DNA of 48,734 nucleotides from a virus (Duplodnaviria; Heunggongvirae; Uroviricota; Caudoviricetes): IMG/VR virus record IMGVR_UViG_2703718802_000011; one strand, 5' to 3'. Shown piece by piece: positions 47,069 to 48,734 of this stretch (position 1 is its first letter; each line of letters starts with the position of its first letter). The notes under the pieces were generated by a model. It saw only the letters and a program-made list of their open reading frames with translations, ran no database searches and was not told where the DNA came from. The position numbers and the translations under genes were made by a program.

Positions 47069-47551
47069 ATTCATCTGGGATCTCACCCGTTTCAAGAAAA
47101 TGTATAAAGCCAGGCTCATCTATGATGATTGTGCCTTTCATCCGGGCTGCCGATACTTTTGATGGGCCTGCATTGTAACCGCAACAGAGCATCTGAAGGC
47201 TTTGGGTTACAGAGGTTCTTACCGTTAATCCTTGTTCATTCGCCTTATCAACCAATCTTTCTTTATCTGCTTTCTTAAATCCGGTGAAACATACATCGAA
47301 TGTATTTTTTTTTTCGGACCAGACTGCTTGGTGAGATGTGAGTAGTTTTCGGGGAGGAATGACGCGCACTCCTGAATGGCTTGTTCTGGTGAATCGTACT
47401 GTTTAAGAATGCGGTCTTTTCGGAAGGTTTTTATTCGATCGGTGTTCTTACAAATGCCCTGTATATGATTTTCGCTATAACTGATGCTCTGTATAGAGTG
47501 AACACCGATACGACCATTTGCATTGATGTAAACAAAGTGAAGTTCTTCCAT
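47067..47551 (-). pseudogene. BRCT-domain cargo gene interrupted by a frameshift in an A10 homopolymer
   Basis: Two overlapping minus-strand ORFs (47225-47551 and 47067-47369) change frame exactly at the T10/A10 run 47305-47314; the downstream part 'VCFTGFKKADKERLVDKANEQGLTVRTSVTQSLQMLCCGYNAGPSKVSAARMKGTIIIDEPGF' matches the BRCT pattern. Confidence 0.55.
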
Positions 47552-47630
47552 GTGAAACCTCTTTGCATGATTTCAAGATGGCGACAGGCAAGATGGACGC
47601 AAAAGTCTGTCGCCATTTTGCCGCCACTAC

Positions 47631-47664
47631 CAAAGAAAAAGGGGCTACGCTTTCACGTAACCCC
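47631..47664 (-). terminator. Rho-independent terminator immediately downstream of ssrA (phage-provided)
   Basis: Stem ggggctacg/cgtaacccc (one mismatch) followed on the minus strand by CTTTTTCTTT; starts about 10 nt after the tmRNA 3' end. Confidence 0.55.
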
Positions 47665-47673
47665 TTGATTTAT

Positions 47674-47719
47674 TTGGTGGAGCTGGCGGGAGTTGAACCC
47701 GCGTCCGAAATTCCTACAT
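47674..47719 (-). repeat. attL-type direct repeat (ssrA 3' end, part of the intact gene)
   Basis: Identical to 12789-12834. Confidence 0.85.
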
Positions 47720-48037
47720 CCTCGGTACTACATGCTTAGTCAGTCTTTACATTCGCTTGCCAGCTGCGGACGGACACGCCACTAACAAACTAGCCTGATT
47801 AAGTTTTAACGCTTCAACCCCAGGCAGGGCTTCCACGCGATCTCTTTTGGGTTTGACCTCTCTTGATCCCCGTCCTAAGAGCGGAGGCTAGGGAGAGAGG
47901 GCTCTAAGCAGGTTATTAAGCTGCTAAAGCGTAGTTTTCGTCGTTTGCGACTATTTTTTGCGGCTTTTTACGAGGCCAACCGCCCCTCGGCATGCACCTT
48001 GGGTTTCGCAAATCCCGTCGAATCCAGAATCAGCCCC
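47675..48037 (-). ncRNA. ssrA: tmRNA (ssrA), complete 363-nt gene
   Basis: Reverse complement begins GGGGCTGATTCTGGATTCGACGGG and ends ...GGTTCAACTCCCGCCAGCTCCACCA, matching enterobacterial tmRNA as I recall it; sits downstream of smpB as in E. coli. Confidence 0.9.
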
Positions 48038-48251
48038 AATGTGTAAAGGTAAGTATACCAGATTTATGAGCGCCATGACCAGCCTCAATGGCGTTATCGT
48101 TAAAGATTTAGCACCCATGTAGCCTGATTTTTATTCGATTAAGCAATGGGATGGCAACATTTGTGTCGGATGTGATAGCCAATAAGATGTTCATTCGCGC
48201 CGCCGGAGAGGGAGGCGCGGTGAGGAACTGGTCAATAATTGGAGTGCAGGT

Positions 48252-48734
48252 TTAACGGTGGGCGTTTTTCATGATACGTGCTTTATCCACCTGCCATTCG
48301 CGCTCTTTGATATCTGAACGTTTATCGTGCTGTTTCTTACCTTTGGCGACGCCGATTTTCACTTTGCACCAGGCATTTTTCCAGTACAGGGAGAGCGCCA
48401 CTACGGTATAGCCTTCTCGATTGACGCGACCGTACAATGAGTCCAGTTCGCGCTGGTTGAGAAGTAACTTGCGGGTACGGGTAGGATCGCACACCACATG
48501 CGTGGAGGCCACGGCCATTGGCGTGATGTTAGCGCCAAACAGAAATGCCTCTCCGTCACGCAGAAGGACGTAGCTGTCGCTGATATTGGCTTTTCCTGCG
48601 CGCAGGGATTTAACTTCCCAGCCTTGCAGGGCAAGTCCCGCTTCGAACTCTTCTTCGATAAAGTATTCGTGACGGGCGCGCTTGTTAAGCGCGATGGTCG
48701 CTGAACCAGGTTTATGTGCTTTTTTCTTCGTCAT
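48252..48734 (-). CDS. smpB: SsrA-binding protein SmpB
   Basis: 160 aa '[47 protein letters not shown]...'; ATG lies at the window's last bases; upstream of ssrA on the same strand. Confidence 0.9.

Larger units (their letters stand above)
12789..47719. mobile_element. P2/186-family (Peduovirus-like) prophage integrated into ssrA
   Basis: Bounded by 46-bp direct repeats of the ssrA 3' end; complete P2-type gene order from int to ogr with sizes close to the P2/186 homologues; 186-like cI/apl/cII region. Confidence 0.85.

Noticed and set aside
1-48734. CRISPR array, rRNA or tRNA genes
   Set aside because: No regularly spaced direct repeats and no tRNA-like cloverleaf candidates were seen by eye; the only RNA gene recognised is ssrA.

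Overview
This window is an enterobacterial (E. coli-like) chromosome segment at the smpB-ssrA locus carrying two mobile elements stacked in tandem at the tmRNA gene. From the right end: smpB (48252-48734, -), an intact ssrA/tmRNA gene (47675-48037, -), then a ~35 kb P2/186-family prophage (12789-47719) bounded by 46-bp direct repeats of the ssrA 3' end. The prophage has a 186-like early region (int, cI, apl, cII, TraR-like, Dam methylase, replication gene A), a LexA-box-controlled small gene, and a cargo hotspot between A and portal gene Q holding an orphan 322-aa gene, a cos-like element and a HipA-like kinase with a HipS/HIRAN-like partner. It also carries the complete P2-type late gene set (Q P O N M L X, lysis cassette, R S V W J I H G FI FII E/E+E' T U D ogr) with three TGT-N12-ACA late-promoter sites and the E/E' slippery site. 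Left of the prophage (1-12788) is part of a second, AT-rich integrase-associated island with a P4-type integrase, a large serine recombinase, two ParB-like genes, a MobC-like gene and an ankyrin-repeat gene. Its most notable cargo is a three-gene operon (3712-6724): a NACHT-like STAND NTPase split over two ORFs followed by a RelA/SpoT-fold (toxSAS-like) protein, which I propose as a candidate, apparently undescribed, defence or abortive-infection module. All calls rest on motif recognition, synteny with P2/186 and ORF structure read from the sequence; no database search or computation was run.
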